Assembly: GCA_963422205.2 (NCBI GenBank)
Contig: CAXMWX010000001.1
Location: 551,011 to 615,010, forward strand
From: Gammaproteobacteria bacterium
GTDB lineage: Bacteria; Pseudomonadota; Gammaproteobacteria; Eutrophobiales; Eutrophobiaceae
DNA length: 64,000 nt
Direction of reading: 5' to 3'
Positions within the stretch are counted from its first letter, which is position 1; each line of letters begins with the position of its first letter. The notes under the pieces were generated by a model. It was not told the DNA's origin. It did no database searches and saw only the letters and a program-made list of their open reading frames with translations. The translations under genes and the position numbers were made by a program. Below are positions 35,146 through 45,750 of the stretch, in pieces.

Positions 35146-36500
35146 AGCATGAGCGTGTTCAGGGTAGGTTGTATGTTATCAATCGGGATCACGGTGAACC
35201 GCTCAGGATGCTCGGCCAGCGGCCCGTAATCTATCTGCCCTGCCTCCGTCTCGGTGCGGATGAGAAAGACATAAACCGGGATCGCCATCTGCATTGCCTT
35301 GCGGATTAATGCCTGTCGTTCCTCTGTCCAGTCAAGCAAAATACAGATCAAGCCGCTGCTCTTTGCACACCTCTCCAGCACAAGATTCTGCATGATTGCA
35401 AAAGCAGGTTCGCTACAGGGCTTAACACAGGCGAGTATCTCCAGCATATTTTCCGGTTGTGAAACCCCGCGCCCGGTGGTGAAGTGGAAAGATTTCGTGC
35501 CAACAAATAACAAATCGAGTAACGAGTCGGTATCAAAAGAAGCCAATGTGAATGAAGCGGCCAGGGAAACCGCCTCTTCAAAAATGACCTCCGGCTGATC
35601 ATCAAGCCAGGTATCCAGCAGCAGGGCCTGGCGTACAAAGAACTCATCCTGATATTCCCTGACAATCGGTTTGCCAAGTTTTGCAAAGCTGCGCCAGTGG
35701 ATAGCGCGCAACGGATCGCCGGGGCGATAATCCCGCAATGACAGAAACTCCTGCGAGTCTCCCACAGAGCTGGCCCGGGTGATGCCGCCAGGTTGATATT
35801 TTCTGTTGCCAAACAGATGTATTGATGGGATACGGTAGGTCCTGGGCAGTATCAGCAGGGAGCCTGGGTGAGGGAGTTTTTTTATGTTTTTATAAATCCC
35901 TAAAGGGTCCGGCCTGGCTATCGTGATATCCGTAAAGCGTATATAGCCCCGCCGGAGCGGCTTCAGTGTCACCGTCAATTCTTCCGCTACCGCTGTCAGG
36001 GCGGTTTGCAGTTGCACCGCTTCTGTGGTCGCTCCTGTTTTTCGCTGCATGATCCCCATCAACCGGGGATAACCTATCAGCCGGTCAAACCAGTTTCTGA
36101 TCTTGTCTTTAGGATCATGGGAGTCCCGATACTCCTCATAGGTTGGGAAGGGATTTTCCAGCTGATCAAGAATGATCAATGCCTTCTGCATTTTATTGTC
36201 AATATTATTCAGCCGGATCCTGTAATGTAATGCCTCGCCTGCCGTGCCGTATTCCGGCAGCAGGCGTTGTGCCTTAAAGCGGCCTTTGAAATGCAGGCTG
36301 GCAATGATCGCAACGAGTATAAGCGCGGCGGTTAAGGTAAATAACTGGTAGCTGAGCGTGCTTTTAAGATCGACCCCGAAAATGCCAGCCATGATCATAG
36401 CGCCGATCAACAACAGGCCGAGCGGGGTAAATCTCTCCCGTATCCAGCGATTGATATAAAAAACCCCCCTGAAGCTGATATATAGTAAACGTCTGAACAT
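35142..36500 (-). CDS. DUF58 domain protein (MoxR operon partner)
   Basis: DPLG, EFLSLRDYRPGDPLRAIHWRSFAK, FEEAVSLAAS; alternative start at 36515. Confidence 0.9.
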   Translation of the reverse strand: MFRRLLYISFRGVFYINRWIRERFTPLGLLLIGAMIMAGIFGVDLKSTLSYQLFTLTAALILVAIIASLHFKGRFKAQRLLPEYGTAGEALHYRIRLNNIDNKMQKALIILDQLENPFPTYEEYRDSHDPKDKIRNWFDRLIGYPRLMGIMQRKTGATTEAVQLQTALTAVAEELTVTLKPLRRGYIRFTDITIARPDPLGIYKNIKKLPHPGSLLILPRTYRIPSIHLFGNRKYQPGGITRASSVGDSQEFLSLRDYRPGDPLRAIHWRSFAKLGKPIVREYQDEFFVRQALLLDTWLDDQPEVIFEEAVSLAASFTLASFDTDSLLDLLFVGTKSFHFTTGRGVSQPENMLEILACVKPCSEPAFAIMQNLVLERCAKSSGLICILLDWTEERQALIRKAMQMAIPVYVFLIRTETEAGQIDYGPLAEHPERFTVIPIDNIQPTLNTLML

Positions 36501-36516
36501 ATTACCCCTGAACATA

Positions 36517-37449
36517 TTATCCTGGGACGCTGATCGTCTTGATGATTTCCTCCAGCAGATGCGCTGCGGTGGTGCCGGAGAATTTAATCTGAGAGTCAAG
36601 CACCAGACGATGTGCGATGACCGGTTGCATGATTTCCTGTATGTGATCCGGCGTGACGTAGCCGAGGCCATCAAACAGGGCGAGGGCCTGGGAGACCTTC
36701 ATCAGGGTCAAGGAGGCCCGGGGGCTGGCGCCGTTGACAATGCCGTTTGCCTGGCGTGTTGCCCGGACCAGTTTGACAATATAATGTTTCAATTCTTCGC
36801 TGATCTGTATGTCGGCTGTCTTTGCCTTTAATGCAAGCAGTGTTTGCCTGTCAGCACAGGCGGCTATTCGGGTTAATGGATGCTGGTGGTTTTGTTCGGA
36901 CAGGATGGCGACTTCCTCATCTTCACTGACATAGCCGAGATTAAAGCACAGGGCAAAGCGATCCATTTGCGCTTCCGGCAGGGGATAGGTGCCATGAAAC
37001 TCGATGGGGTTTTGTGTGGCAATCACAAAAAAAGGCTCGGCCAGTGGTTTGTCAACGCCATCGATGCTGACTTGCGATTCGGCCATGGCCTCTAACAAGG
37101 CAGATTGCGTTCGTGGCGAGGCGCGATTGATCTCATCCGCCAGCAGAATGTGGGTAAATACCGGCCCGGGATGAAAATGAAAATCCTGCCGTTTTTGATC
37201 AAATATTGACACGCCCAGAATATCCGAGGGCAACAGATCCGGGGTAAACTGTACGCGGTGATAGTCAATGTCGATCGATCTTGCCAGCACCTTGGCCAGG
37301 GTGGTCTTGCCCGTGCCGGGCACATCTTCCAGCAGGACATGACCGCCACTGATAAAAGCCGCCAGCAGCAGGCGGATAGCCTGTTCCTGGCCCTTGATCA
37401 CTTGGCTGATATTGTTCGATATATTTTGCAGGATCGTCTGACCGTTCAT
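36517..37449 (-). CDS. moxR: MoxR family AAA+ ATPase
   Basis: HVLLEDVPGTGKT, RVQFTPDLLPSD, LADEINRA, ATQNPIE, YPLPEAQMDRF. Confidence 0.95.
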   Translation of the reverse strand: MNGQTILQNISNNISQVIKGQEQAIRLLLAAFISGGHVLLEDVPGTGKTTLAKVLARSIDIDYHRVQFTPDLLPSDILGVSIFDQKRQDFHFHPGPVFTHILLADEINRASPRTQSALLEAMAESQVSIDGVDKPLAEPFFVIATQNPIEFHGTYPLPEAQMDRFALCFNLGYVSEDEEVAILSEQNHQHPLTRIAACADRQTLLALKAKTADIQISEELKHYIVKLVRATRQANGIVNGASPRASLTLMKVSQALALFDGLGYVTPDHIQEIMQPVIAHRLVLDSQIKFSGTTAAHLLEEIIKTISVPG

Positions 37450-37653
37450 GTGATCTGTTCCTTAAAAATTCAACGGGCTCCTTCAGGGGGTGATTGAGAG
37501 GCTGCTTTAAGTGTATCTATAACCTGCCCTGCCCACAAATCCCACAGGCATCGCCCCGTCATGGTGCTTATCCTGTGATTTAACCTGCTCAAGGCGGTAT
37601 GATGGTTGTCACAATACGCCCATTATCATGCAGACGATAAGGAATGCCTACCG

Positions 37654-38257
37654 ATGATAGAGAAAAAGAGTACGACCCAGGTGCCGATACACGAGCTGCT
37701 CGCCCGGCGCTGGAGTGGCAGGGCCTATGATGCCCAGCATCCGGTGCAGGCGGCTGCCCTGATCGCCCTGCTGGAGGCCGCCCGTTGGGCGCCCTCCTGT
37801 TATGGTGATGAGCCCTGGCGCTTTTTGGTGTGTGACAAACACGCCGATGCAGCGGCCTGGCAGGCGGCGCTGGACTGTCTTGCGGCGGGCAATCAGAGTT
37901 GGGCGCAGAATGCGCCGATTCTGATCCTGGCCAGTGCCGCCACCCGGCTGCGTAACGGCAGCCCGAACCGCTGGGGAGGCTATGATACCGGGGCGGCGAT
38001 GATGAGCCTCTGCCTGCAAGCCACCGCCCTGGGTTTGATGTGTCATCAAATGGGTGGCTTTGATGCGAAAAAAAGCGGCGGAGGTTTTTCATATTCCAGC
38101 GACTTTTACCCCCATGTCCATGACTGCGCTGGGTTATCAACTGGCCAGAGAGGATATCCCCGCCGCCCTGGCCGAGCGGGAGTTGGCCGGACGTCAGCGC
38201 CGGCCCCTGGGCGATCATTTTTTCTCCGGTAGATGGGGGACGGGGTATCAGCGTTGA
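37654..38257 (+). pseudogene. Nitroreductase family protein, frameshifted at an A7 run (38068-38074)
   Basis: RRWSGRAY, EAARWAPS, EPWRF, HQMGGFD; the C-terminus (AEVFHIP..ALGY..R.RRPL) is in a different frame and A6 would restore it. Confidence 0.8.
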
Positions 38258-38386
38258 GGCGGTTGCCAGGCCGCCGGGATTTGGCGCTTGGCCGGAGGGT
38301 CGATATCGCCGCCTGGCTTTTGTGTTTTTTCAGGCAGGTGTATGATGATGCCGTTAGCTTACCATTGATTCTGTAGGTGGGGTTTC

Positions 38387-38905
38387 ATGGCAGAAAGAGC
38401 CTTCAAGGCACTGAATATCGGCGTGTTGGTCGTCTCTGATTCACGTACCGAGAAGACGGACAAATCCGGCAAGCTGCTGGCCGCCCGGCTACAGCAGGCC
38501 GGCCACAGCTTACATGAGCGCCGCATGGTCATTGATGATATCTATCAAATACGTGCGGTTGTTGCCAACTGGTGTGCCGATGCGAAGGTGGATGTCATTA
38601 TCAGCACCGGCGGCACTGGAATCACCGGTCGTGATGGGACGCCTGAGGCCGTCTCGGTCCTGTTCGATAAGCCCATTGACGGGTTTGGCGAGATCTTCAG
38701 GGGCTTGTCTTATGAGGGGATAGCGACTTCTGCATTACAATCCCGGGCGCTCGCCGGGGTTGCCAATGGCACGTATATTTTTTGTCTGCCGGGATCTTCC
38801 GGCGCCTGTGCAACCGCCTGGGATAAACTCATCAGCGCACAACTGGATTTCCGCACCACGCCCTGTAATCTGGTCGAGTTGATGCCGAGATTACAGGAAG
38901 AGTAA
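38387..38905 (+). CDS. moaB: Molybdenum cofactor biosynthesis protein B
   Basis: VSDSRT..TDKSG, STGGTG.TGRDGTPEA, GFGEIFR, LPGS, PCNLVE. Confidence 0.95.
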   Translation: MAERAFKALNIGVLVVSDSRTEKTDKSGKLLAARLQQAGHSLHERRMVIDDIYQIRAVVANWCADAKVDVIISTGGTGITGRDGTPEAVSVLFDKPIDGFGEIFRGLSYEGIATSALQSRALAGVANGTYIFCLPGSSGACATAWDKLISAQLDFRTTPCNLVELMPRLQEE

Positions 38906-38909
38906 CGCC

Positions 38910-39920
38910 GTGCGCTGCTCTGCCGGTCAACTTATCGCCCTGTTATTGGCCTTGTCCTGTAGCAATAAAGCCACGGCCTATACCTATGCGATCGATGGTG
39001 AGGATGATTATCTGATCGGCCAGGTGCAAAGGGTACAGGCAGAATACGAAGACACCTTGCTGGACATAGCACGTGCTCATGGCCTCGGTTTTAATGAGAT
39101 CAAGCTGGTTAATTCACAGGTCGATACCTGGTTGCCGGGGCAGGGCAGGAAAATTGTATTGCCCACCCGGTTTGTGCTGCCCCAGGCGCCACGTGACGGG
39201 ATGGTGCTGAATATCCCTGAAATGCGCTTGTATTATTTTCCGCCCGCAGGGATAGGGGGTAGAAAAACGGTGATCACCTACCCGCTTGGGATCGGCAGGG
39301 AAGGCTGGGGTACGCCTTATGTCAAGACCCGGATTGCAGAGAAAAAACAAAACCCCACCTGGTATCCCCCCGAATCCATACGCAAGGAACATGCTGCCCT
39401 GGGCGATCCGCTGCCCGAGCGCGTGGCGCCGGGGCCGGATAACCCGCTCGGTGCTTATGCCATGCGCCTGGGTTTGCCTACCTATCTCATCCATGGCACC
39501 AACAAACCCTTCGGCATTGGTATGAGAGTCAGTCATGGCTGCATCCGCCTGTATCCCGAGGACATTGCACGCCTGTATGCCAGGGTCAGGGTGGGCACGC
39601 CGGTATACATCATCAACCAGCCTTTTAAGTTGGGAATCGAGGGCGAGCGTATTTATCTGGAAGCCCATCCCTGGCTGGATGAGGATGCGGAGGATTTTCA
39701 AGGTAATCTGACCAGTGTCATCAGCACACTGCTGCGGCTTGCCGGGGATAGACGATATGAATTGAACTGGGAATTGGCCAAACAGATCATCCATGCCCCG
39801 AACGGCCTGCCGGTGGAGATAGGCCGGTTTCTACCGCCGGGGGCGGCCGTGGCGGCGGCACCTGCCTTGCGGTCAGTGACGACAGTCAACGAGGAAGCAA
39901 GCACCAGCACCAGCCGATAA
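38910..39920 (+). CDS. L,D-transpeptidase (ErfK/YcfS/YbiS family)
   Basis: Signal peptide, LNIPEMRLYY, GPDNPLG, YLIHGTN, SHGCIRLYP. Confidence 0.93.
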   Translation: MRCSAGQLIALLLALSCSNKATAYTYAIDGEDDYLIGQVQRVQAEYEDTLLDIARAHGLGFNEIKLVNSQVDTWLPGQGRKIVLPTRFVLPQAPRDGMVLNIPEMRLYYFPPAGIGGRKTVITYPLGIGREGWGTPYVKTRIAEKKQNPTWYPPESIRKEHAALGDPLPERVAPGPDNPLGAYAMRLGLPTYLIHGTNKPFGIGMRVSHGCIRLYPEDIARLYARVRVGTPVYIINQPFKLGIEGERIYLEAHPWLDEDAEDFQGNLTSVISTLLRLAGDRRYELNWELAKQIIHAPNGLPVEIGRFLPPGAAVAAAPALRSVTTVNEEASTSTSR

Positions 39921-40039
39921 ACCGCGCATTCGCCTGACCGAGAGATGGGCAACCGAGGCATGTCCTTTACCGGGAACGGCTCGCCCGCGCCATGCGCCTT
40001 GGCGATGTGCTGATGTCAAGGCAAGCCAGGCACGGATAT

Positions 40040-40072
40040 AAAAAAACCCCGCATCTCTCGATACGGGGTTTC
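40040..40072. terminator. Intrinsic terminator hairpin between convergent genes (U-tract on minus strand)
   Basis: AAAAAAACCCCG-CATCTCTCGATA-CGGGGTTT. Confidence 0.75.
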
Positions 40073-40110
40073 GTCAACAACAAGGCAACTAGCGGGCGAC
40101 TAGTGTGTGC

Positions 40111-40392
40111 CTATTTCTGCATGGCTTTTTCGAACATCCGGTCGAGCCTGCGGGTGTTCTCATTGCAGCATGACTGAGCGGCATCAGCAGCGGCCTGTGC
40201 AGCACGGGCTGCATCAAGCGCCTGGTTGGCAGCCGTCATGGCATTACCCGCAGTCGATTGTGCGCTATTGGCGGCAGATTGGGCGCTTTCTGCAATGGCA
40301 CGAACTTCGGCAAGCTGTTGTGTTGTTGCACAACCGCTTAACAGGATGATGGCAGATGCCAGGATAGAGGCTTTTAATACTGTACTTTTCAT
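40111..40392 (-). CDS. Lpp/OprI-like alanine-zipper lipoprotein
   Basis: Lipobox LLSGC, Ala-rich coiled coil, ending RLDRMFEKAMQK with terminal Lys. Confidence 0.88.
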   Translation of the reverse strand: MKSTVLKASILASAIILLSGCATTQQLAEVRAIAESAQSAANSAQSTAGNAMTAANQALDAARAAQAAADAAQSCCNENTRRLDRMFEKAMQK

Positions 40393-40561
40393 GATTGGTT
40401 CTCCGATAGACCGTTAAAGTTGTTTCCAGATGGTTCCTCAGTGAATGGTCCCCAGTAAACAGGCGTGGCTATGATGGCGTATTTCCCTCTATTTAGCAAT
40501 TTCTTTTTTTAACTGGTTACAATAGGGCTACAATGGGGCGATAGCCGGGCGGGATTTTTCC

Positions 40562-40942
40562 CTATTTTACCCATCGGCCAGCCGCGGTGGGCGGCCTTTT
40601 GTGCCTGTTATCATGATGTTCAATGACGAAGCTGGTCACTGCCTGATCAAAGCCATGCACCTGTTTTTCAGTGCAGTAATCATCCAGCCAGGCCAGGATA
40701 GCCGCCAGATTCATATTGGCCGAGATATTGTAGGTATCCTCGCTGATGGTATTGTATGCCGTCAGATAACCCATCACGTAGTCCTTAAATGCCTGCTCAC
40801 TGCCGGCCTGCCGGCTTTTGTTGTAATTAAAACAGGACGTGTTACCGCTGCCCCAGATGGCATAGTTACCGGCCCCATCAGCCGCCCATGAATAACTGGC
40901 AACGGCCAGCATACCTGCCACCATGGCTGTTTTTATCTGCAT
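40562..40942 (-). CDS. Small secreted hypothetical protein
   Basis: Signal-like MQIKTAMVAGMLAVASYSWA; G.G..SC, YVMGYLTAYN, WLDDYC. Confidence 0.65.
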   Translation of the reverse strand: MQIKTAMVAGMLAVASYSWAADGAGNYAIWGSGNTSCFNYNKSRQAGSEQAFKDYVMGYLTAYNTISEDTYNISANMNLAAILAWLDDYCTEKQVHGFDQAVTSFVIEHHDNRHKRPPTAAGRWVK

Positions 40943-40959
40943 GTTCTCTCGCTTTTGGT

Positions 40960-41532
40960 TCACGTCTGCTGAAATAACAGGGGACGCCCGGAGAACTGCG
41001 ATTTGAGGAACTGCATCTGATCGGCCAGGATTCTTCGGTTCGACAGTGCCAGATATTCCGCCCAGTTCGGCACATAAGGCACCGCCAGCAGCGGCATGTG
41101 GGCGGCCTCTGGTGTGCGATTGCCTTTGCGGATGTTGCAGGTACGGCAGGCCGTGACCACATTCGACCATTTATCGCTGCCGCCACGTGAAATCGGGATG
41201 ACATGATCCCGGGTCAGTGCATACGCCCCATGCTGATCGCCGCAATACATGCACAGGTGGGCATCGCGCAGGAATAACTCACGATTGGTCAAGGGCGGGA
41301 TGGTGCGTTGTCCATGCGTGTGGCCGCTGGAGCGCTTGACGGCGATGATGGAATTGACCGAGACCCTGGACAAGGCGCCAGATCGACGATTAATGCCCCC
41401 GGTGAAGGTAAAACTCTCATCGCCCGCCGTCCAGGCAATCATATCCCGGCAGTACAGGCTGACGGCAGTACGCCAGGGCACCCAGGTCACCGGCATGCCG
41501 GCAATATCAAGTCGCAGTATCAAGGCAGTCAT
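40960..41532 (-). CDS. HNH endonuclease family protein
   Basis: RDAHLCMYCG, TRDHVIPISRGG, NVVTACRTCNIRKG. Confidence 0.92.
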   Translation of the reverse strand: MTALILRLDIAGMPVTWVPWRTAVSLYCRDMIAWTAGDESFTFTGGINRRSGALSRVSVNSIIAVKRSSGHTHGQRTIPPLTNRELFLRDAHLCMYCGDQHGAYALTRDHVIPISRGGSDKWSNVVTACRTCNIRKGNRTPEAAHMPLLAVPYVPNWAEYLALSNRRILADQMQFLKSQFSGRPLLFQQT

Positions 41533-41645
41533 GGTCTAATGTGTGGTTGTTATGTCCGGGCAGTGCATGTTAAACACCCGATGTCTGTTTTATTCGATAA
41601 TCGGCTGGAAATCTAAGGTGCTACACATTTTAATGGAAATATCAC

Positions 41646-42425
41646 ATGAAAACCATGACTGATCTGCTGGTGCTGATGCGAACATTGCGCGACCCGGACA
41701 GCGGCTGTCCCTGGGACAGAAAACAGACGCTATCATCACTGCGCGCGCACAGTCTGGATGAGATATATGAGTTACTGGCAGCGATAGATACGCATGATAT
41801 GCCGGGCCTGCAGGATGAGTTGGGCGATCTGCTTTTTCATATCGTTTTTTATGCACAGGTGGCGAGTGAAGCGGGGTATTTTGACTTCGCCGATGTGGTG
41901 AGTGGCATCGTTGATAAATTACACCGCCGCCACCCGCATGTCTTTGCCGATGCCAACATAGCCAGCCAACAGCACCTGTCCTGGCAGTGGGAGGCCATCA
42001 AACAGGCAGAGAGGCAGGACAGAGCAGGGCAGATGAGCCTGCTGGATGATATCGCCGTGGCCTTGCCTGAGATTCGGCGTGCGCTGAAATTGCAAAGGCG
42101 TGCAGCCAGCGTCGGTTTTGACTGGTCTTCGCTTGACGCTGTGGCGGCAAAAATCGGCGAGGAGATAGACGAATTGACCGAGGCAGCGGCCACGACGGAT
42201 GAGGAGAGGATTGAAGAGGAGCTGGGGGATGTCCTGTTCAGTTGTGTAAATTTAAGTCGGCATCTGCACTGCGATCCTGAGCTGGCCCTGCGGGCAGCGA
42301 ACCGGAAATTTGAACAGCGATTTCGTTATATTGAGCAGGCGGTACAGGCGAAGCACCAATCGCTTGCCGATACCACCACAGAAGAGAGGGATGCACTCTG
42401 GCAGGAGGCCAAGCAGTCGGCCTAG
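41646..42425 (+). CDS. mazG: Nucleoside triphosphate pyrophosphohydrolase MazG
   Basis: LRDPDSGCPWD, DELGDLL, KLHRRHPHVF, EELGDVLF, NRKFEQRF. Confidence 0.96.
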   Translation: MKTMTDLLVLMRTLRDPDSGCPWDRKQTLSSLRAHSLDEIYELLAAIDTHDMPGLQDELGDLLFHIVFYAQVASEAGYFDFADVVSGIVDKLHRRHPHVFADANIASQQHLSWQWEAIKQAERQDRAGQMSLLDDIAVALPEIRRALKLQRRAASVGFDWSSLDAVAAKIGEEIDELTEAAATTDEERIEEELGDVLFSCVNLSRHLHCDPELALRAANRKFEQRFRYIEQAVQAKHQSLADTTTEERDALWQEAKQSA

Positions 42426-42476
42426 CCGGTGGGTGCTGGCGGGGCGCCGCCGAACTCTCGCTGGCTTCCCACCGAA

Positions 42477-42782
42477 TCATGGGCGGTAGCGATTTAGCTG
42501 CTGCACCACGCCCCTGCCATTGAACACGATCTCCGTTATCCAGCCGCGTGAGTTGCGCTCTGCCGGCAGATACACCCAGGTTTTTCTCAAGATATGGTGA
42601 TACCCATCGCCCTGTACATGCTGATAATCAAACAGCCCGACCCGGTAGAGTACCTCCGCTTCACTCATGCCTCTTTGCAGATGAATAAAATCACGCATGG
42701 GGATCATATCTGCCCTGCTGATGGTGCTAAAGGTCAGCCAGGCGATCAGCAGAATGCAGCGCACAAGCGGGTTTATCGGCAT
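42477..42782 (-). CDS. Small exported hypothetical protein
   Basis: Signal peptide then GMSEAEVL..G and W.Y motif resembling SmpA/DUF2845-like folds. Confidence 0.6.
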   Translation of the reverse strand: MPINPLVRCILLIAWLTFSTISRADMIPMRDFIHLQRGMSEAEVLYRVGLFDYQHVQGDGYHHILRKTWVYLPAERNSRGWITEIVFNGRGVVQQLNRYRP

Positions 42783-43002
42783 GGATTTCGGTCTGTCCTA
42801 ATCATTATCTTGACATGATGTTTGAGCCGGCCAATCGGCTATTGTTCCGAGAGCAGCGACAGGCAGCCGGTCAGCTTGCGCCCACCCGCCGACCTCCTAT
42901 AATCAACACATGACGCTGTTTCGGTTGATGAGCAAATAGGCCAGGCCACAGCAGCGTGTTGCTCACATTAACACCAACGCCGGGAGGTGCCTACATCCTT
43001 CG

Positions 43003-45750
43003 ATGAGATTGCCATCAACCAGAATCATCGGCGATCCGGTGTTGCAGCGTGCCATTATCGCCAGTAAATTAACGCCGCCACGCGCCCCTGCTGCGTTGAT
43101 TGAGCGGACGAACATCGCCCGCCTGCTGGAGGGGGCGGGCAGCAAGCGTTTGCTACTGGTCACCGCCCCCGCCGGTTACGGCAAGACCACGTTTTTGATG
43201 CAATTAAGGCAGGACTATCTGCGCCAGGGCCGCAAGGTCGCCTGGCTGACGCTGGATGAGGGCGACTCGCCGCTCTCGCAGTTTATCACCTATCTGATCG
43301 AGAGCCTGACATACGCCGGATGCCCCATCGGTCATGCCGCCTTGACCGTGTTTCAAAAGTCAGCGGCCAATGACGTTGAGGCGTTTCGTAATGCCTTGAT
43401 CAACGAGATACATGCCTATGCCTTGCCGCTCGTTATCATCATTGATGATCTGCATTATGTGCGCTCTGAGGGCATACCCGCCCTGTTGGATCAGCTCATT
43501 GACTATGCGCCGACTAATCTTGGCATCGTCATCGCCTCCCGGCACACCTCGCCCCTGTCCACCGCACGCTACCGCATCCATGGCGATGTGGTTGAGATCA
43601 AGGCCGAGGACCTGCAACTCTCCTACCAGGAGACGCATCAGTTGATTCAGCACGCCCTGGCCACGCCGCAGGCACCGCCTGACGATGTCAGTTTAAGCCG
43701 ACACCTGCATGAGGTGACCCGCGGCTGGGTTGCCGCCATCCAACTGGCTGTCATATCGGTAAAGAACGGCGTCCCTCCCGGCAAGGTGTTCAGCACTTTT
43801 TCCGGCGGCATGGAAGATCTGACCGATTTTCTCTACACCAACATACTGGCCGGGCTGCCCGATGAGATCGCTGAATTTTTGCTCAAGACCAGCATCCTGC
43901 AACGAATCAATGTCGAGCTGTGTGAGGCCGTCACCGGGCTGCCCGACTGCCCGCAACTGCTGGATGCGGTGCGGCAGTTGAATCTGTTCCTGCTGCCGGT
44001 TGAAGGCATGGAGACCTGGTATATCTACCATCCCCTGTTTCGCGAGTTTCTGCAGATGAATCTGCCCGGCCTGCCAGAGGTCAACGCCCGGGAATTGCAT
44101 CGCAGGGCCAGCACCTGGTATGAGAACCAGCGCCTGTTCGCCGATGCGCTGCATCATGCCCTGGCGGGTGAGGATGCTGACAGCGCCCTGCGCCTGTTTG
44201 AGAAAAGCGCGGTCAGGATGCTGGGCGAGGGCCGTTTTCACACCGTGATCCAGTGGTGCGAAACCTTAAAGCCGCCCTCCATAGCGGCCTACCCGGATAT
44301 ATGGATCGCCACCGCCTACAGTCTCATGCTGTGTTTCCGGCTGGCCGAGGCACGCCGGATCATGCGAAGAATTCAGCGCTCAAGGCTGGCCGATGATGCG
44401 CTCACACAATTCCGCCTGTCGGTGATCGAACTCACCATCGCCATGTACCAGGATGACGGCGAGAAGATCTTGAGTTTCTATGCACAGTGGCCGGAGGCCC
44501 TGCCTTTTCAAGATGCGCTGTTTGTTCCGGCCGCCCTTAATCCGATCAGCATGGTATTCTCGCAGCAAGGCGAGTTTGAGCAGGCACGGGATATCTATCA
44601 TTATTCGGTCGGCATCCCGGATGAGGAAAAAAGTTTCATGGCGACCACCTATCAGCAGTGCTACCTGGCCCATGCCTATGCCCTTGAAGGCCGCCTGAAA
44701 ATGGCCGAGCGCCTGTTAAGGGACAGGCTGACCCTATCGGAGCGGCGGCTGGGCTATTTCTCCGAGGCCGCCTGTGCCGCCGCGGGCTTCCTGGCGGAGA
44801 TACTCTATGAGACCAACCGACTGGAAGAGCTATGCGCTACCCTGGCCGAGCGCATGGCCATCATCCGCGACAACCTGACGCCGGACGGTATCATCAAGCC
44901 GCATGTGGCCATGGCGATGGCCTATGTGAGTTACGGCGAACATGAGCAGGCGCTAAGCTGCGTTGAAGAATTGTATGCGCTTGGCCGCCGTACCGAGCAG
45001 CGGCGATTCATCATCACGGCGCTGGGGGTGCGCGCGTTTATCTATCTGCAAATGGCTGATCCGACCAGCGCGGCGGCGGCCACAGGGCAGGCCGGGGACA
45101 TGGTCAAGCGGATCGACCCCCAGGCCGTGCTGGCGAAGGAGTTTTATATCATCCATGCGCTGGCCGAGATCCGTTTGCTCATCTACCGTCAGGACTACCA
45201 GGCGGCGCTGGACAGACTGACAACGCTGAAGGCACGGTATGTCAATCCCCGGCAGCGCCGCCTCGCCTTGCAGGTGGCGGCGTTGATATACCTGTGCATG
45301 GTACGCCTCAGGCCGGAGGATGATATAAGCGAATCGCTGTATAAGGTCCTGCTGGAAGGCAGGGCGATGGGGCTGGTTCGCCTGTTTCTGGATGAGGCGC
45401 CCTTGCTGGGGCAGTTGCGGGAAGTGGCGGGCGCATTCACCGCCGACCGGCGCTTTAACGATGTGCATGGCTACCTTGCCGCCCTGCTGAAGCTCGGTGG
45501 CGAGTTGGAAACAACCCCGCCTTGCCTCACGGCCAGAGAGACGGAAATCCTCATTGCGCTGGCCGCTGGCCTGTCGAACAAACACATCGCCAGTCGCCAG
45601 CATGTCTCGGTCGATACCATCAAGTATCATGTCAAGAAGATCTACGCCAAGATCAAGGTATCAAAGCGCATGGATGCCGCCCTGTATGCACGCAAGGCGG
45701 GCCTGGTATCCGGGGCTTCATCTACTTCCCCGACGCTAGAATTTCCTTAA
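43003..45750 (+). CDS. MalT/AcoK-like ATP-dependent LuxR transcriptional regulator
   Basis: APAGYGKTT, WLTLDEGD, IIDDLH, YHPLFREFL, and C-terminal LTARE..GLSNK.IA HTH. Confidence 0.92.
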   Translation: MRLPSTRIIGDPVLQRAIIASKLTPPRAPAALIERTNIARLLEGAGSKRLLLVTAPAGYGKTTFLMQLRQDYLRQGRKVAWLTLDEGDSPLSQFITYLIESLTYAGCPIGHAALTVFQKSAANDVEAFRNALINEIHAYALPLVIIIDDLHYVRSEGIPALLDQLIDYAPTNLGIVIASRHTSPLSTARYRIHGDVVEIKAEDLQLSYQETHQLIQHALATPQAPPDDVSLSRHLHEVTRGWVAAIQLAVISVKNGVPPGKVFSTFSGGMEDLTDFLYTNILAGLPDEIAEFLLKTSILQRINVELCEAVTGLPDCPQLLDAVRQLNLFLLPVEGMETWYIYHPLFREFLQMNLPGLPEVNARELHRRASTWYENQRLFADALHHALAGEDADSALRLFEKSAVRMLGEGRFHTVIQWCETLKPPSIAAYPDIWIATAYSLMLCFRLAEARRIMRRIQRSRLADDALTQFRLSVIELTIAMYQDDGEKILSFYAQWPEALPFQDALFVPAALNPISMVFSQQGEFEQARDIYHYSVGIPDEEKSFMATTYQQCYLAHAYALEGRLKMAERLLRDRLTLSERRLGYFSEAACAAAGFLAEILYETNRLEELCATLAERMAIIRDNLTPDGIIKPHVAMAMAYVSYGEHEQALSCVEELYALGRRTEQRRFIITALGVRAFIYLQMADPTSAAAATGQAGDMVKRIDPQAVLAKEFYIIHALAEIRLLIYRQDYQAALDRLTTLKARYVNPRQRRLALQVAALIYLCMVRLRPEDDISESLYKVLLEGRAMGLVRLFLDEAPLLGQLREVAGAFTADRRFNDVHGYLAALLKLGGELETTPPCLTARETEILIALAAGLSNKHIASRQHVSVDTIKYHVKKIYAKIKVSKRMDAALYARKAGLVSGASSTSPTLEFP

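Noticed and set aside
36493-36522. 15-bp tandem duplication (CTGAACATATTA core) at the moxR/DUF58 junction
   Set aside because: It only provides an alternative in-frame start codon; no further significance is evident.
33139-37449. MoxR-DUF58-transglutaminase operon as a new system
   Set aside because: It is a widespread known gene trio with no unusual additions here.
40960-41532. HNH nuclease as a CRISPR accessory or IscB-like RNA-guided nuclease
   Set aside because: It is 190 aa with no RuvC or PLMP motifs, lies 13 kb from the cas genes, and has no adjacent structured RNA.
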